Assembly (NCBI GenBank): GCA_002633005.1
Contig: NMRA01000364.1
Location: forward strand, 243,075-307,074
Length of the DNA: 64,000 nucleotides
Direction: 5' to 3'
Origin: Phoronis australis
Taxonomy: Eukaryota; Animalia; Phoronida
Part shown: piece after piece, positions 37,287 through 52,000 of the stretch
Layout of the letters: the number at the start of each line of letters is the position of its first letter
Numbering within the stretch: the first letter of the stretch is position 1
Notes under the pieces: model-generated
Seen by the model: only the letters and a program-made list of their open reading frames with translations
Databases searched by the model: none
Told to the model about the DNA's origin: nothing
Program-made: the position numbers and the translations under genes

Positions 37287-39903
37287 GCAATACAAACTTA
37301 GGCCTCTGCAATCACCATTACCACGTGTTCTCTATACATTGAAAAATATATGAAAACCATGAAATTTGAAATAATGAATGGCCCTATTTGACAACAGATT
37401 ACCTGCCCTAGATACACACTTACAAATTCTTACACCCGATTCAGATTGCAATACACCTGAAGTTCAAGACAAGTAATAACAGTGGGTCAGTTAAGCTTCC
37501 TAGACATGTAACATCAAAGAATGACTGACATCTACTGATAAGCATTTATAGAACAGTCTGAAAATGACTTATCAGCTCATCAAGCTGAGAAGGTCAAATC
37601 AGGCACATGAAGGTCACCGAAGACACTGAAAAATCAACAGCGATTCTGTTGGACGCAATTAGAAACCTACGAAGAATTCACGTGCAATAGGATAGATTTT
37701 CTCTGAACATCAAACCAGAATAGTTACAAGAGATAAAAACCAGTGAAACGCTTATTAAGACAATAGAACGTAATAAGTCAGATGCTAACTCAAAAGTCAA
37801 GTGACAAAGTCCAACCGGAACAACGTTTCGCAAATCTAATATTTCTCAGAGTGTAGAGTATCTGGAGATTTTTACCCCACGGTTTTGGTGACTCGTCTTA
37901 GCGCTTCTCAGAATTTATGTCCATGGGGTTGGCGTACGTTACAGGTGTTGAAGAACAACCAATATTTGGGGTGTATTCCACGACCAAAAATAGAACACAA
38001 TCTGGGATACCGGAAATAAAAATATCCCATAGACCAATTTTACTGCTTTATACGCATGCGCACCGGGAAATTCGTAGTTTACAAATTCGAAATATCGTAA
38101 GGATGTTGTGTTTTGAGAAAGTTGTCTTGTTCTCAAAAAAATTAGAAATATTTCCCTGAAGAAGAAGAAAATTAACAAGCGCACAAGTAAATTTTATTTT
38201 AATTCGATTTTATTACCATCCAAAACTAATCATTTTAGCGGATTTGTGTTGTTTTCTTTAGAAAACACCCTGTCCTGCCCGGCGGCGGCGACCGGCCAGT
38301 TGGCAGTGCGTTGACGTTGTCAGCAGTGCATTGGCGTGACGGTGCGGTCACTGTGGTGGCTGTGACTGTTGGTGGGTATGAGTCTGGGACAGGGCTCGAC
38401 ACTTAGCATAATGTCAACTTGTCAAATGCAACACAACAAAATTTCACTACATCAAGGAAACCTCAATGATTTGTGGTAGCCGAAAATGAAATTGTGTCTT
38501 GGTCGCCATAATTTTAAAACAAAATTTGAGGCGAGGTTGCATTGATGACCTGGAGATCGCCAAAGCAAACCCTGCATGGGCAAAGATGATTGCACCTGCA
38601 TAATTCTGAGTGAGATCACTCAATTAAGCAGAGATTTATAAACTCTTAGATGTGGTTGCTCCAAATGTAGTATGCCGTACCTGAGTTGTACGGAGTTCTC
38701 CGGTTCAATTACCCACCATACAATAGCAGTTGACACCAGACCCATCCTAGTCCTAGGCCTAGGGACTAGGGTAGTCCTCATGGATAACTTGCCAAGTGAT
38801 AGTTATCAACAGGAGTTGGTTTTATTTGACTCTACTTCATTTTCATACCAGGAACTGGAAATTCATAACGCTTCTTTCATTCATGCCGTTCATGGATCGA
38901 TGCCTGGTTAGATCACAACATCCGTGGTGGCGACCTGGAGTTTCCCTTCAACAACACTGGGATGCGTCATGGAACTTGCCCTTGGCGACCCTTTCTCTGT
39001 GTGCTGAATTATCCTGCTGGTTCCCTGCGTGTAGAGATCACATGCAGGTACCAGGCAGTAGCACTCGCTTTATCACTGGTAGATGTAACCTTGGCAGTCA
39101 TTGGTTAGCTTCACAACAAAGTGAGAAAATGACAGACTATGAACGATTTGTAGCATTGTCATGCAAGTGGCATAGCAGCAACTATTTCGTTTCTGCAGTA
39201 ATGTGTAATAGCCGCGTACTTGAAGCACATACATGTACATTAAACACATATTTGGCCGATTTAACCAGTGTGTTATTCATACTGCATGAATACAGGACAG
39301 CAACGTAAACAGAAGTCAGTGACAGTAGAAAGATGCACTCCAAAAAGGCGCAAGCACAATTTTCTGGGATTGACATTTCTTGAACATGAATTTTAAGCAC
39401 CGATTTGTCTATATGACAGACCACATTTACACGTCCTTCATCAATCATGCCAGTTTGTATGCGTAAAGCGCTGCCTGTTGAGAATTCGATCAGCTAATCA
39501 GAAATACCGGTGTAAAAAATTTACCTGAAGAAAATTAAAATAATTCCTGCGTGCTGGCTACCACCTAGCGGCACGCAGGGAATCAGCAAGGCTGGATTAT
39601 GTGACAACTGCCAGGTTGTTTCTGTATTTTGGGGGTGAGCGTGATACCCAGGGACTCATCTAGTGGCCGTCCTGTCCATCATTTGGATGGCCATTTTAAA
39701 AAGATGACAGATTGGACAGCACGACCAAGACAGAAAAAAGACGGCCTGTTTCAAGACAGTCTCGTAAAAAATGACAGCTAAACGAAGAATGCTTTATACT
39801 GAAACCAGGTTAACCTAATACGGAATCCCCCGCATGGCGAGTGTCAAGAAATATTGCACGGAAGTGCGATGTATAACAAATCTGTCTGACTTTTTTTTGT
39901 AGC

Positions 39904-40003
39904 ATGGAGAGTTCAGGCAGTCTGGCCGTTAGACTGGATGAAGAGTTTGACCAGGACCTAGTGGACATGAAACCGTATGTTCTTCGGTTACCTCATAAAT
40001 CAG
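39904..40003 (+). CDS. CEP112: CEP112 coding exon 1
   Basis: ttttgtag|cATG...TCAG|gtatgt; MESSGSLAVRLDEEFDQDLVDMKPYVLRLPHKS. Confidence 0.93.
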
Positions 40004-43000
40004 GTATGTATTGTGCCCTTCTCATTTGGTTTACCCTCATGTTTGACTTAATGCTTAACCCCTAAATATTATCCCTGTTAAATGCCCGTGCGTGACTGTG
40101 CACCCACCCCTAAGTTGCAATAGTGGGATATAGCATGCCCACATTTTTATGACCAGTTTGATGCCTGTTATTCAATGGGGAAAATTGGTTCTCAAAGTGC
40201 AGGCATGTGATATCCAACTTACCTTCTAAGTTATAGTCAGAAGTCTCAGTTGTTTTAAAGATCTATCTGTCTTGACGAATGCTAATTTTAGGTCTCAATA
40301 TGAGCTAACCCAAATGACTTCGGTGTTATGAGTTGCCAGTTTAGGTATCTGACATTGCCTGCTGATATTCACAACCAATACAATACCATGGAATATCGAT
40401 AAAACGTTTGACTGACCCTTTTAAGTTATGGCAATGGGGACCTGCCGACCTGGGTGAATTAGGTGCTTGCTGACTAGGGAAGGGGTTTCTCGGCAGATGT
40501 GGGCTACCCCAATATGAGCAAACGTCTTGTTTGCTTTTGTGTTTGCTGTTGATTGAACAATGTCAGGTATCACATTTTTGTCAATTAAATTGCAGTTTGT
40601 ATTTATGAAGTAATGTCTAATACTAAAGGTAGTGTTGCTGTTAGTGAGGTGGTGAACTACACACCTTGAATGCAAGTGAGCGTGACTCATAGCTCACCAC
40701 CCACCAAAATGAACCTTGAGGATTTTACCACCAGAGGCAAATGTCTCATTGGTTGGGTTTCTTTTTTCTCGCAATCGTAAATCCTCACATAGTGTGGGCG
40801 TGGTGACAACAGCAAATCTCTCTCACTTGCTCAATGTATGTACCATATTGATACTGATCACTACAAATGTAGTTTGCAGATCAGTCAGCATTTTGGCTCA
40901 CTGTTAGAAAATACCGTAATCGTTCGGGTTAACGCCCATGTTCAATTAATCGCCCATCCCCTACTTTAGGTGGATTTTCGATTTAACCGCCCACTGCTCG
41001 GTTAACCGCCCTCCCCCGATTTTTTGGATTCGCCAATTTAACCGCCCAGGGCGTTAACCCGAACGATTACGGTAACCTCCATCAAGCAATGTGGTAATCA
41101 ATCTTTCACTTGAGGCAGCCAACTAAGCTTCTAGTAACTCTCCATCTGCACTAGCCCTTAGAATGAGATACTACAAATGCATTCTTGTTCAAACCTATAG
41201 TAAATATGAACCCATTCATTAACCTAGATAGAGTCTTGACTTCATTACTGCAGTATTGATTTTTAATTAGTCTTCTAATTGATTTCCTTTGTCTCTCATC
41301 AGTAAATTATTTATTCCTTCACCATTACTAGTACCTATGGATCTGTCACACCTGTGGTCTAGCCATACTTATTGAATGGCCACATATGGTAGTCAAAATA
41401 ATTCAGTTTTTATCTGATGAGGTTTAAACAATTTTTAGCAGACTCCTAGTGGATTGTAAACCTCGCGTTTTTAATGACAACTCTCAGCATATTACAGTAA
41501 AAATTATTCAAGTTTTTACAAAGATAATTGTAAAAATTTAAATTATTCTGTTATTCAAATATTTATCATTACTACAAGATTATCAACATTCTCCAAATGT
41601 CTTTGTGACAGGTCTAGCTGAATTTTTTTAATCGTGGAAAATTAAATTTCACTTGTCACCCATAGTAAGTTTTAAACGGAAAAAATATCCTAAACTCAGT
41701 TTTAAACATTACCCATACATTTCTTGATTTGTTGAACTTTAGGTCAGCAATTTTTTTCTTAAAGCCAAATACCAACTTCAAGTGTAAACCAGCCATCTTG
41801 TCTGGGATTTCATTAAATGTTCCATTTATTAGGTTTGCTGTGCAAGTCAATGTGAGTGCATATACGATATTTTTCAGAGCGTCAGCGGTGTGCCTTGTGG
41901 ATCAAGAAACTTTGCGAGCCTCAAGGTGCTGGGATAAGTGGGAGGTAAGATTTAATTATCAGGGCTTGGAATTTTTTAATTTAAGAGGATTTCCTCTTTT
42001 TTGGTTTTCATTTCCTCGTATTTGATTTCCAGTTTTCTCTTTTTTGTCTCTTTTTTTATTGTGGAGAATATCACATTAAAACAGGTAATCAGAAAACGAC
42101 TGATTTTTACACCCGACACCGATATCCGTTAGGGCAAAGGAATTTAACTTGACTAAATTTACTTTTTAGACTGAAAAGCGAACTTAATGTGCAATGCTAA
42201 TAAATGGGTGAGAATCGATTTCGATGATTTTTAATTACAATATTTTTTTTTTTGACATTTCATGGCAATAACCAAGTTAATTTATTCTCTGGTATGATAT
42301 TAAGTGGGCTCCACTCAGTCCACTGTGTATTCTCAGAGTAGAAAGCCTTCAATAACATGGTCAAATTTCATTCTATATTAATGTTCAGGATGAGATCTCA
42401 AAAATGCTGAACAGAGTTTTCCAAATTATTCCATTTCTGTTTTATGCAACGTCAGAGTTTTTTCATGAAAATCATCATCTTAGATTTTTATGGCCCTTCA
42501 AAAAAAATTCCTGACAGCCTTTTGGAGAATCGTACATAAAACATAGTATCTGAAAGTTAAATACCAGTAATCTACCATTTCTGGTATACGATGTTGCGAA
42601 GTTTGTCAATTTTGGACATTTTTCTAGTGTCCCATATAACGTTAGGGCGCTCATTCCCCTGCGCATGTATGTCTTGAAGTGAGTGGTGCGCCTATAAAAC
42701 GAAAAGTGTAGTCAAACAGCCAGCAAATATAGCCTCTGCAACCGTCCACATTAACCGCATTTTCGCTCCATTTCAGGGAGCATGTGAACTGAGTAGCTAA
42801 AGCTGTCTTGTCTGGTCTGTTAGAATCTGTCAGGTGGTGCATTTCTTCACAGAGCAGACCTTTCAAAACACCAACTCTTGCTAGTGTGAATTATTGCCAT
42901 CTGTTTGTTTGAAATGTTGGTGTTGTACTCAATATTGTGCCTATTGTTATTACCCAGGGAATGCAAGCATTGTTGGGGCACTGTTGATTGTGGCTGGACC

Positions 43001-46000
43001 ATCTGGAAACTTTGCCTCCAGTATTTGCTTAGTCATGTGATCCCTATAGAGTTTCCCTGGTCTGAATAGACAGTATTGATTTTCAAGTTTATATCCACAA
43101 TTTGTTTATTTAGCCACAATATTATCTAAGGTCTTGGATTTCTATTATATTTCTTACATTTTATCAGAAATAATTGTCAACTATTGTTTATTCGAACTTG
43201 AAGGCAAGTCCTTTTTTCCTTTGCAAACTTTGGTATTGTAGCTTGCTGGGAGCTGTAACTGTATCGGTAATTCACTCAAATGAATTCCTTAAGGTCCACC
43301 ACTTGTACCAGGTTGCACAAAGTCCTGTGAAGTGTTGGAAATATTTTGTGTTTTCCTTGTTGCACGGCATGAGGTGTTGTGTGTTATTCAGCTACAGTAT
43401 TCATAAACACTTGCATAGAATATTTGTAGCCAATGAACACAAATCCTTGAAATATTGTAAATCCTCTAGATTGTTATACGTTATGCTGGTTCAGTTGCTT
43501 ATGTGTTCAATACAAGAGGAAGTATTTTTTAAACATAATTAATCATAAAAATTGTCCATTTTCCATATTTCCATTTTTCCACGGTTCCAAATGTTCAGGG
43601 TCTTACCAAGTATGTTGTTTGGTGACATTTATGCCATAGAAAAGAGGTTACCAAAGAAACTGAAATTCTCTTAAAAGTTGTATTATTTTATTGAGGTATA
43701 TAACTGAACAAAATTCTACTTATCCTCCGTAGTAAATGAAGAATTTTGTGCAACCATGCGTGTTATCGGTAGCTAGGAAAATTTTATGAAACATGAAGAT
43801 TGATTTGCTCTTTGAAGTCAGATCTGAACGCTTCCACGGAAGTACCAAAAAAAGCACAACATGTATTTATGTTTGGCAGGTGTACTGAAATAACACTCTT
43901 CAAACCCTCTTCAGTATATAGCACGCTTGTCTTTAGATCTGGTGGTATTTTGTTATTGGCTTATCAGACCAAATTGGCAAGTTGGCAATTTGTTGCCATT
44001 GCTGTGGTTAACTCTTTTAATTTTATTTGAATTTTTGTCAAATTCGGCTCATAATTTTATGTCATCAGTGGCTTGGGCAAGTATGAAACTCAGCAAGTTT
44101 TTACCAAAGTACTGGGCACAAGTTTCTCAAACTTAAAATTCAAACTTATGGTGCAGTCTCATTTCAAGAGTCTCTCCAGTGGTATGTTGAAAATATTCCA
44201 GGCCCAGTTGAATGCTGGCTTTACAGAAATAAACAATGAACCTCTGCAGGATTCACCCACTGTTTCAAGATTGAACTGAAGACTGACCCTTGGTTTGGTC
44301 TGCTCTCTCCATTGCACAACACCAAGTCTCCTTTGGTTCAGTTTAAACAGTTTGTGGACCCTTTAGGCAACTTTATTTATTGCAGAGAATAGAGAGTCCC
44401 TGGTCATGGTGGCATTCTGTGACAGAACTTACTCACCTGAAATTCTGTGACAATTTTAGAATTATATGATAAAATATGAACCAAGTAGTTTGCCGTAGAG
44501 CTTTGTTAGGCTTATAGACTTTATTTCATGCTGTGTCAAATGATGATTTCTTTTTTCATAAGTTGTAAAATTGTGGAATTCATCATTATCACTAATAAAA
44601 TTGCGTCTCGCATATGTGACAAAAGCAAAGCTAATGTGACTTATACATGCATAAAGCACCAAAAAGCTTTGGCAATTGAGACTGAGTTCTTGGGACTTTG
44701 AAAATTTTGAGGTGTGACAAATTGTGACTTCCCATTCTCTACTATTCAGATCAATGCTAACTGGACCAATTGTAAGTCAGCAACAGCTGGTATTACATAA
44801 TAATTGATGTCAGTGCAGAAATATAAGTTTTAGAGCATCTGTTTGGTGGAATCTTTACTTACAAGCTTGGTAATTTTTAAGCACATGACAGCAGGGACTG
44901 TTTAAATCTGCAGCTCTCCATGAGAGTAACTTATACTAGAAGTGTAAAGATGTTCCAATTTGTCTCATTGTGTGGTTTGATTATCAGGCCTATTGAGAAA
45001 GACAACCTTTCAGTTTTGAGAGGCACAAACTGGTGTGTGTATTCAGCAGTAATTTTAGGAGTGTGCCTCGTGTAATTGGGGCAAAAATAATTTCACTGAC
45101 ACTTTGTGATTTCTTAGCTCAAGGCAGTGGGCCCATTAAAATTGAAGGTGAAAATGACAAAAAGTAACGTGGCCATAGGTCCTCCAAATTGGCCCCTAAG
45201 GCTTGAGGCTACTTTTTATAATGATCCCTGTGCATTATCACATTTTCTTTCAGGAAAAATCGTAATTTATATGCGCAATTGATGGTGAAGATGTTGAAGA
45301 AAGGTAATCTTGAAGGACCATTCACTCACAGACCTGACGAGGGGCCATTACCCACAATGCCGTCCTACATGGTAAGACTTCAGTGTACAGTCACTCATTT
45401 TTTGCTTTTAGTTTTTCTCTGATGTTGCTACAAGTTCTGTTCATGCATTGTAATTTGTCGAGTTGTTAGAGCGATGATTAAGTGTGCTGATGTCAGGGTT
45501 GTCCAATTTCTTGATTCAAATGTCGAGGCCTGTTCTTAAGGTTTTGGTTTTTGCTTTCAGTCTGTCTACTTTGAAGATGACAATGGTGGGACTAAAAATG
45601 TGAGTTACATAAATGAAATTGTGTGGCGTGTATACGGTGTGTGGTCATAATTAGATTGTAGCGCCTATTTGCAAAGTCACACCCGCAATGATGTATACGG
45701 TGTGTGGTCATAATTAGATTGTAGCGCCTATTTGCAAAGTCACACCCGCAATGATGTATACGGTGTGTGGTCATAATTAGATTGTAGTGCCTATTTGCAA
45801 AGTCNNNNNNNNNNNNNNNNNNNNNNNNNNNNNNNNNNNNNNNNNNNNNNNNNNNNNNNNNNNNNNNNNNNNNNNNNNNNNNNNNNNNNNNNNNNTAGGC
45901 ACATTTACCCCCACATGCGTTACACTTGAGGAAAACCAAAGAGGGAATTTTTAAAAGAGCATGCGAATGAAACTAAGTTATTTGTTACCATCGAGAGTGA

Positions 46001-49000
46001 ACTCTTCGTTGAATTCTCAATAACACTAAAAATAAGTAGGGATATTTTCATGTAACCCCCTCCCCCTAATTTAAGGACTAAGTCCCTACTTATTTTCTTT
46101 GAATTGAGGGCTCAGTTTTTAGTTATATTTTTAGAAAATGGCAGTGGTCAAAGAGGTGCTACTAATAGAAAAAAGCTAGATCTGTAAATGAAGAATGACA
46201 CAAATATGCAAAAACTTTAGTGGAGTCTCTGTTTGGGACTGTTTCATACAACTATAATCTAGCCATAGACTACCAGTAACACGTCCTTTGCAGACCAAAA
46301 GCATTCCAGACTGGGTCAATGACCTAGGTGACTCCTCGACCATGCGCTCCTCTGTCGGCACGCCAGCTGCTACTTCAACTCTACGTTCAGCACGCGAGAG
46401 ATTTACAGAAGTTGTTAACAGTTCACCAAGGTCGAGGTCCAGAAGGTGAGTCATGCATAGCAATAAAGTCGTTCTTGTTGATAACTTCCTGACGGTTGCC
46501 AGTTTATGTAGACCCAAAGAGAATTAGACGTCTTTGTCTAAAAATTTTTGGATTTTTGGCTCAAACAGTCTGTCATTTTTTAAAGTCTAATCAAATGTGG
46601 CTAGTGCCTGACTGTTTCCTCTGTGATTGGCTCTTTGTTGATATCATACAGGAGGACGGAGACAGCGGGTTTAGCTGACAACAGCAACCGGCCTCGCAGT
46701 CCACCAATAAGTCCGCGTAGGTCAAGGACACTAACTAGCTCGTATCAAGATGGCCGACTTAGGTTCGAGGACGACATCCCTCAGCGCAGACTAGCACGAA
46801 ACTTGGTATCCTCGGACGAGGATGACATGAGAAGTAAGTGGTTGATAAGAAACTGAATGTGAATCATATTGCGTCCAGTAATTTATTCTCCTCTTAGTTT
46901 GCTAAAAAAATGTTTGCTCAATTGTCACATTCGCTTGGTTTTAGCGACCCATTCCACAAGTCCAAGCCATCTTTACTGTATACACGTTGATATGATTAGA
47001 GTGAACTTCAGTTACAACTAACATTTTAGGAATGTCGTATTAGGGTTCATTGTGATGTGCTTCAACTGCACACGACTGAAAATGGAAAGTAAGAATAAGG
47101 ACAAAAAATGTTATAATTGGTTTTGGTCTGTGTTTTTTCAAAACTGATTATGATGTTGATACTTTTGAAAAGAAAGTCACCTAATGCCAGCTGCAATCGG
47201 TCTCTATCTTTTTTCACTCAGCACCACCTGATGTTAGCTTTCAAAATGAGTAGAGTGCAGATCAAAACCATAACTACATTTTTACCCAACATTGTGAATA
47301 ATCATAGTTGTGATAATTTCAGCTGTCTACAGGAGGCGGTCTGGGTCACCTGTAAGGGGCTCATCTCCCACGCGATCACCAAGACCACATGAGGTGAGTT
47401 GTGTCTATAAATGTACCCTAGCCAGGTAATACAAAGCCGAGTTCTTAGTCTATAGATTAAATTATAAGTTCATGTAGCGTAGATTGTTTGAGTTTACTGA
47501 TAACAAGATTGTTAGAGAGTTGCTTTCAACAGCATGTGTTGTGGTGATTGCGGCCTATGCATAGGAGTTTTAATTGAATGGGGCGGCAAAACTAGTCGAA
47601 TCCATCGGATCCAGTCAGGCATAGAGATTTTGCTCGAGTAATGCGAAATGTCTTATTAAGTTGAAACTTTTTCGCATCCGCTTTATGCGAGTTTTGCCAT
47701 ATATTCACAAATGTGTTTGTTTTAACATAAAGTTTTGTTTTAAACTACAAAATATAAAGCCAGGTATATCACAACTATGGTTCTTATGAGGGCCCAGTTG
47801 CATGAGTGTTGTACGCTGGATAGCGCTAATGATGTTTGCATTATCACACGTCAAGTTACAATAATTGTTGAGTAAGGCACTTGATGTCATGCAACAGTCA
47901 AAACAATCTAGCAGATAAGTTTTAAAATCACGCAACCAAGTGCCGATGGCTTGCTCTTCAAAGAAAACGAAGAACTGCCAGCTTGTGGTAAAAAAAAATA
48001 AAATTCATGTCCAGACAATTGTCCATGATGTACAAGTTCCTGCATAGTTTGCCTGTCTCTCCACAAGTAGTGCTTGTTGCCGGACTAACACTGCGTTTTC
48101 CTCTAGGATTCTGAGTGGAGTAGAGGGGACGATAAAACTCTAGGGTCGCGCCAAATGAGAGGCAGCTCATTGTACAGGGACGAGGCCTCTCTCATCAGGC
48201 AACACGAGAAAGAGGTAGTGACGAGTTGTTTGACAGCTGGAAGCTCTCCGTTCTGGAGGGAGATTTTAAGTATTCCATGGTGGTTGTGTTATGCTACTTA
48301 CAATGTATTTGACTTCTGACCTTGATCGTATATGGCGTGGAAGTGAAGTTTTGTTTAACCTTTGATTGTGGTTTGGACTCTGAGTTTTGATTGTCTGATA
48401 ATGGACTAATTATTTTTTAATGCTTATTTTCTCAACAAAAAAACCATCAATGTTTTATGGTCAATTGTTCATAATATTGTTTATTAGAACTGAATATCAT
48501 GAATTGTCCTTTTATGTACTTTTTCAATTTTCAGACTGGTTGGCGCTGTGAACTGCCATTGAGAGAATGTGGTTTTTGTCTGATATTCATTGTTTTTATT
48601 GTAAAAGTTGGAGATGAAAGGATCAGATTAGATTTGTATTGACTCAAGTTACATTAAACAAACAGATTGGCCACATCTTGTCATTGTTTACTGATGCGCT
48701 GGCATATTATCAGTAAATTTTTATAATTCAATTTTATATGTAACTCTCATGTATGCTCTAATAATCAAATACAATAATTTGTGAAAAAACACAGTTTGCA
48801 TCCAAGTAATGTTTACATGATTGTTGTTCCAGTTACAATGCTGTCACGTTGAATGCATTCTTTTGATGTTCACATTTGTACGCTACGTCTTGTTCATGTT
48901 GTTCAACAGCTGGAGATGAAGACGAAGATGATGGAGGCTAAGTTTCATGAGGAGAAGCTGAGACTGCAACAGAAGCACGACGCTGCAGTGCAGAAGGTGG

Positions 49001-52000
49001 GGCATTAGTTTGTCACTCCTGGGGCCTGTTTCATGAAAAGAGACTAACGGTTAAAATTCTCCTGTTTGGGACAAGAATAATTGCTAAAATTGCCATTTTT
49101 CTACTTTTCAGAGGCTTAACACATTTTTGAAAATGCTCAAAATTTTAGCAAATGTTGTTTGGTAAAAGCTGCGCCATACAGACCATGCTAAAGTGAAGTG
49201 AATTTTTCTGGAAATTTATTTTTGTTGAGAAATTTGACAATGAAACTGAAATTTCACCTGTCCACCATATTGTGACCCAAACTGAAGAATTTTCACAATT
49301 AGACGGAAATTTGTTCTTTAGTTAGTCACAATTTTGCAGTAAAGGTTTAGCCAATAATTATGAGCCCACCGCAGTTGTTTTTATTTTTTGTTTTCATCAA
49401 GGGTCTTGCGTATTATTTTCAAGTTTGTTTATTCCATCTCATTTTTTTCCTTGTCTGAAACCAGTTGACTTAGAACATGGTTTGTTGATTGCTGCAGGGT
49501 ACTTCATTGCTACAACGCTACTGCCTGGGCCACTGTAAGACATTGTGCACAAAGCAGACTTTGTCATTGTTTAGCAATTGTTGTTATGTGGTAATGGCAA
49601 GAGGATTTCACATGGGTTTGACACACTCAGTTCATTAAATAAAGTTGCTGTTCATGTTGCTATCTCAAACGTGATGTTCCTTTGTTTGTGTACGTTAAGA
49701 AATATATATGAAATGACATGACATAAATAGTAAGTTTGCTCTCTTTCTGTCATCAACAGATATTGGACAGGAAAAACGCGGAGATAGAAGACGTCAAGTC
49801 ACATTTCAGACTCAAGGCCAAAGAACAGGAGGACGACAATACCAAATTGGAGAAAAAAGGTTTTTTGATTATAATTTAGTAAGACCTGTAATTATTAGTT
49901 TGTCAGGAATGGTATTAATGGTTTATATCTTCTCATAATCAGAAATTTTTTAAGGTTTATTTCAGGGAACTCATAATGAATAGTTTCTCTCAGGGTCCGT
50001 TCATGAAAGTGACTTAAAATGTAAGACAGAAATTTAGCCTTACACTCCTGCTTCAAAATTTGTGATGAAAGGTTGAGCCAATCAATTACGAGTGCATCAC
50101 ATTCTTGAAATACTTTATTGAAATTATCTGAGTACTATCTATTATGCATGTATTCTCACAGACTTCGTGCTATTTCTCATGTGAGATTTAATTATTTCAA
50201 TTATTAATTAGCTTTCACTTTTACATTGCCTGTTACCGAAATTATAGAAAAGCTATAATTTAGTCATTGCTTAGTTATGACTCGTAGTACTTTTCAGCTA
50301 CTGAAAATTGTCAACGTTGGTACGGTTAGTTTATTAGTCTCCTTTTAGGCTCTGCCAAACACATATGATATAGTTCACACTAGCGTCACATTGGAAATTT
50401 TAAATTTTTAACTGCCTAGTGACTGTTTCAGTAAATTCACTTGTAAAAGAGTCAGCAGTCATCCGTGAAAACAAAGACAAGCAGATCAGTGAACTGAAAA
50501 AACTTGTAGAGGAAAGTAATCAGACGAAACAGAACGAATACGAGAAGCGGGTAGGTTGATATGAAAGGACGTCTCGTGTGCTTTTCTGTGGTCAGGATAT
50601 CTAAACATAACCAAAGTTTGGTTCAATTTATTCTGTTGACCCTAACTTGATGATCTGATGCTCCTTTGTTGTCAAAGGTCTAACTTGTGATCTGACAGTC
50701 AATTTGAAATTGTTCCGTAGTCTGGTTTTTGTTTCATGGATAATTTGTAAGTCCATGGTTCTTAAGAAATTATTGTCGCATCATAGGACTCCCAAGTGAT
50801 ACGACTGTCAAACTATTGAATCCACACATTTGGCGTGCGTTCAATGATTCATCTGTTTTAGATATTAGACTTGATTAAGTACCTGCTAATGAAATATTGG
50901 TTAATTACTAAACAGTGAAGGTATGCTTGCTGTAGTTTCGCTGAGGCGTTAAGAAGGTGCACTTTTGTCTGTAGATCCATGACATGGTGGCCAACTTTGA
51001 ACAAGAGAAGTTTGAGATGCAGAAGTCTCACACAAAGAACATTCAAGAACTGTTGGACGATACTAACAGTCGACTACAGAAGATGGAGCAGGAATATAGT
51101 CAACAGACTGCGGCCACGGTAAGGGTGTATTGTAGTGGGTGGGGTGNNNNNNNNNNNNNNNNNNNNNNNNNNNNNNNNNNNNNNNNNNNNNNNNNNNNNN
51201 NNNNNNNNNNNNNNNNNNNNNNNNNNNNNNNNNNNNNNNNNNNNNNNNNNNNNNNNNNNNNNNNNNNNNNNNNNNNNNNNNNNNNNNNNNNNNNNNNNNN
51301 NNNNNNNNNNNNNNNNNNNNNNNGTATTGTAGTAGGAGAGGAGGGGTATTGTGTGTGTGGGTGGGGGAACCAAGAGTAGACAGGATAGGCTGGTAAAAAG
51401 TCCACAGACAATGCCCATAGTAAAGGTATACTGTGCTAAGAGATGGATGATGGTTTGAATGTGGTTGTGTGGGTGGGAAACCAATAACAGGCTTCAGGAT
51501 TTGTAAGTATTTAGACAGTAGTCATAGTGTTGTTATCAGTTTGTTGAATACTCATCTTATTGACTGTCTTAACTGCATGCTATGGTTCCTCGTCTTTAGA
51601 AAATTTAAGCCCATTTGTAGTTTGAAAAGAGATTATCGCGGAGAATGATATTATAGCAAAGAGTAGTCTAATTCAGAAGTTATTTTTGCCAATTTGAAAC
51701 AGATTGATTCCACAGAAGTAGCAACATTACAGTGTTTCTGTTACACATTAAGAGTGAGGAAGAAGTGTACCAAGTATCAGTATGAACATTGTTTGAGTGG
51801 GGGGAAAGAGTCAATAGCTAAATGAGCTTGAAACAGAAAACATGAACATATTCTATTATTGCATTAGTAGTAGGTAGTATTGCTGTCGTCGTTGTTAGTA
51901 TTTGTTATAATTGTTGCTGTTGTTTTTGTTGTTGTTTTTGTTATTGCTGCAATTTGCTTGTGGCTTGTTTTAGAGCATGGTTATCAAAGACCTGGAGGCC

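Noticed and set aside
38672-39448. Overlapping 79-170 aa ORFs in the intergenic region
   Set aside because: No recognisable domain, mixed strands, no supporting splice structure
45629-45804. CRISPR-like array
   Set aside because: Head-to-tail near-identical 63-bp units without unique spacers, in a eukaryotic intron
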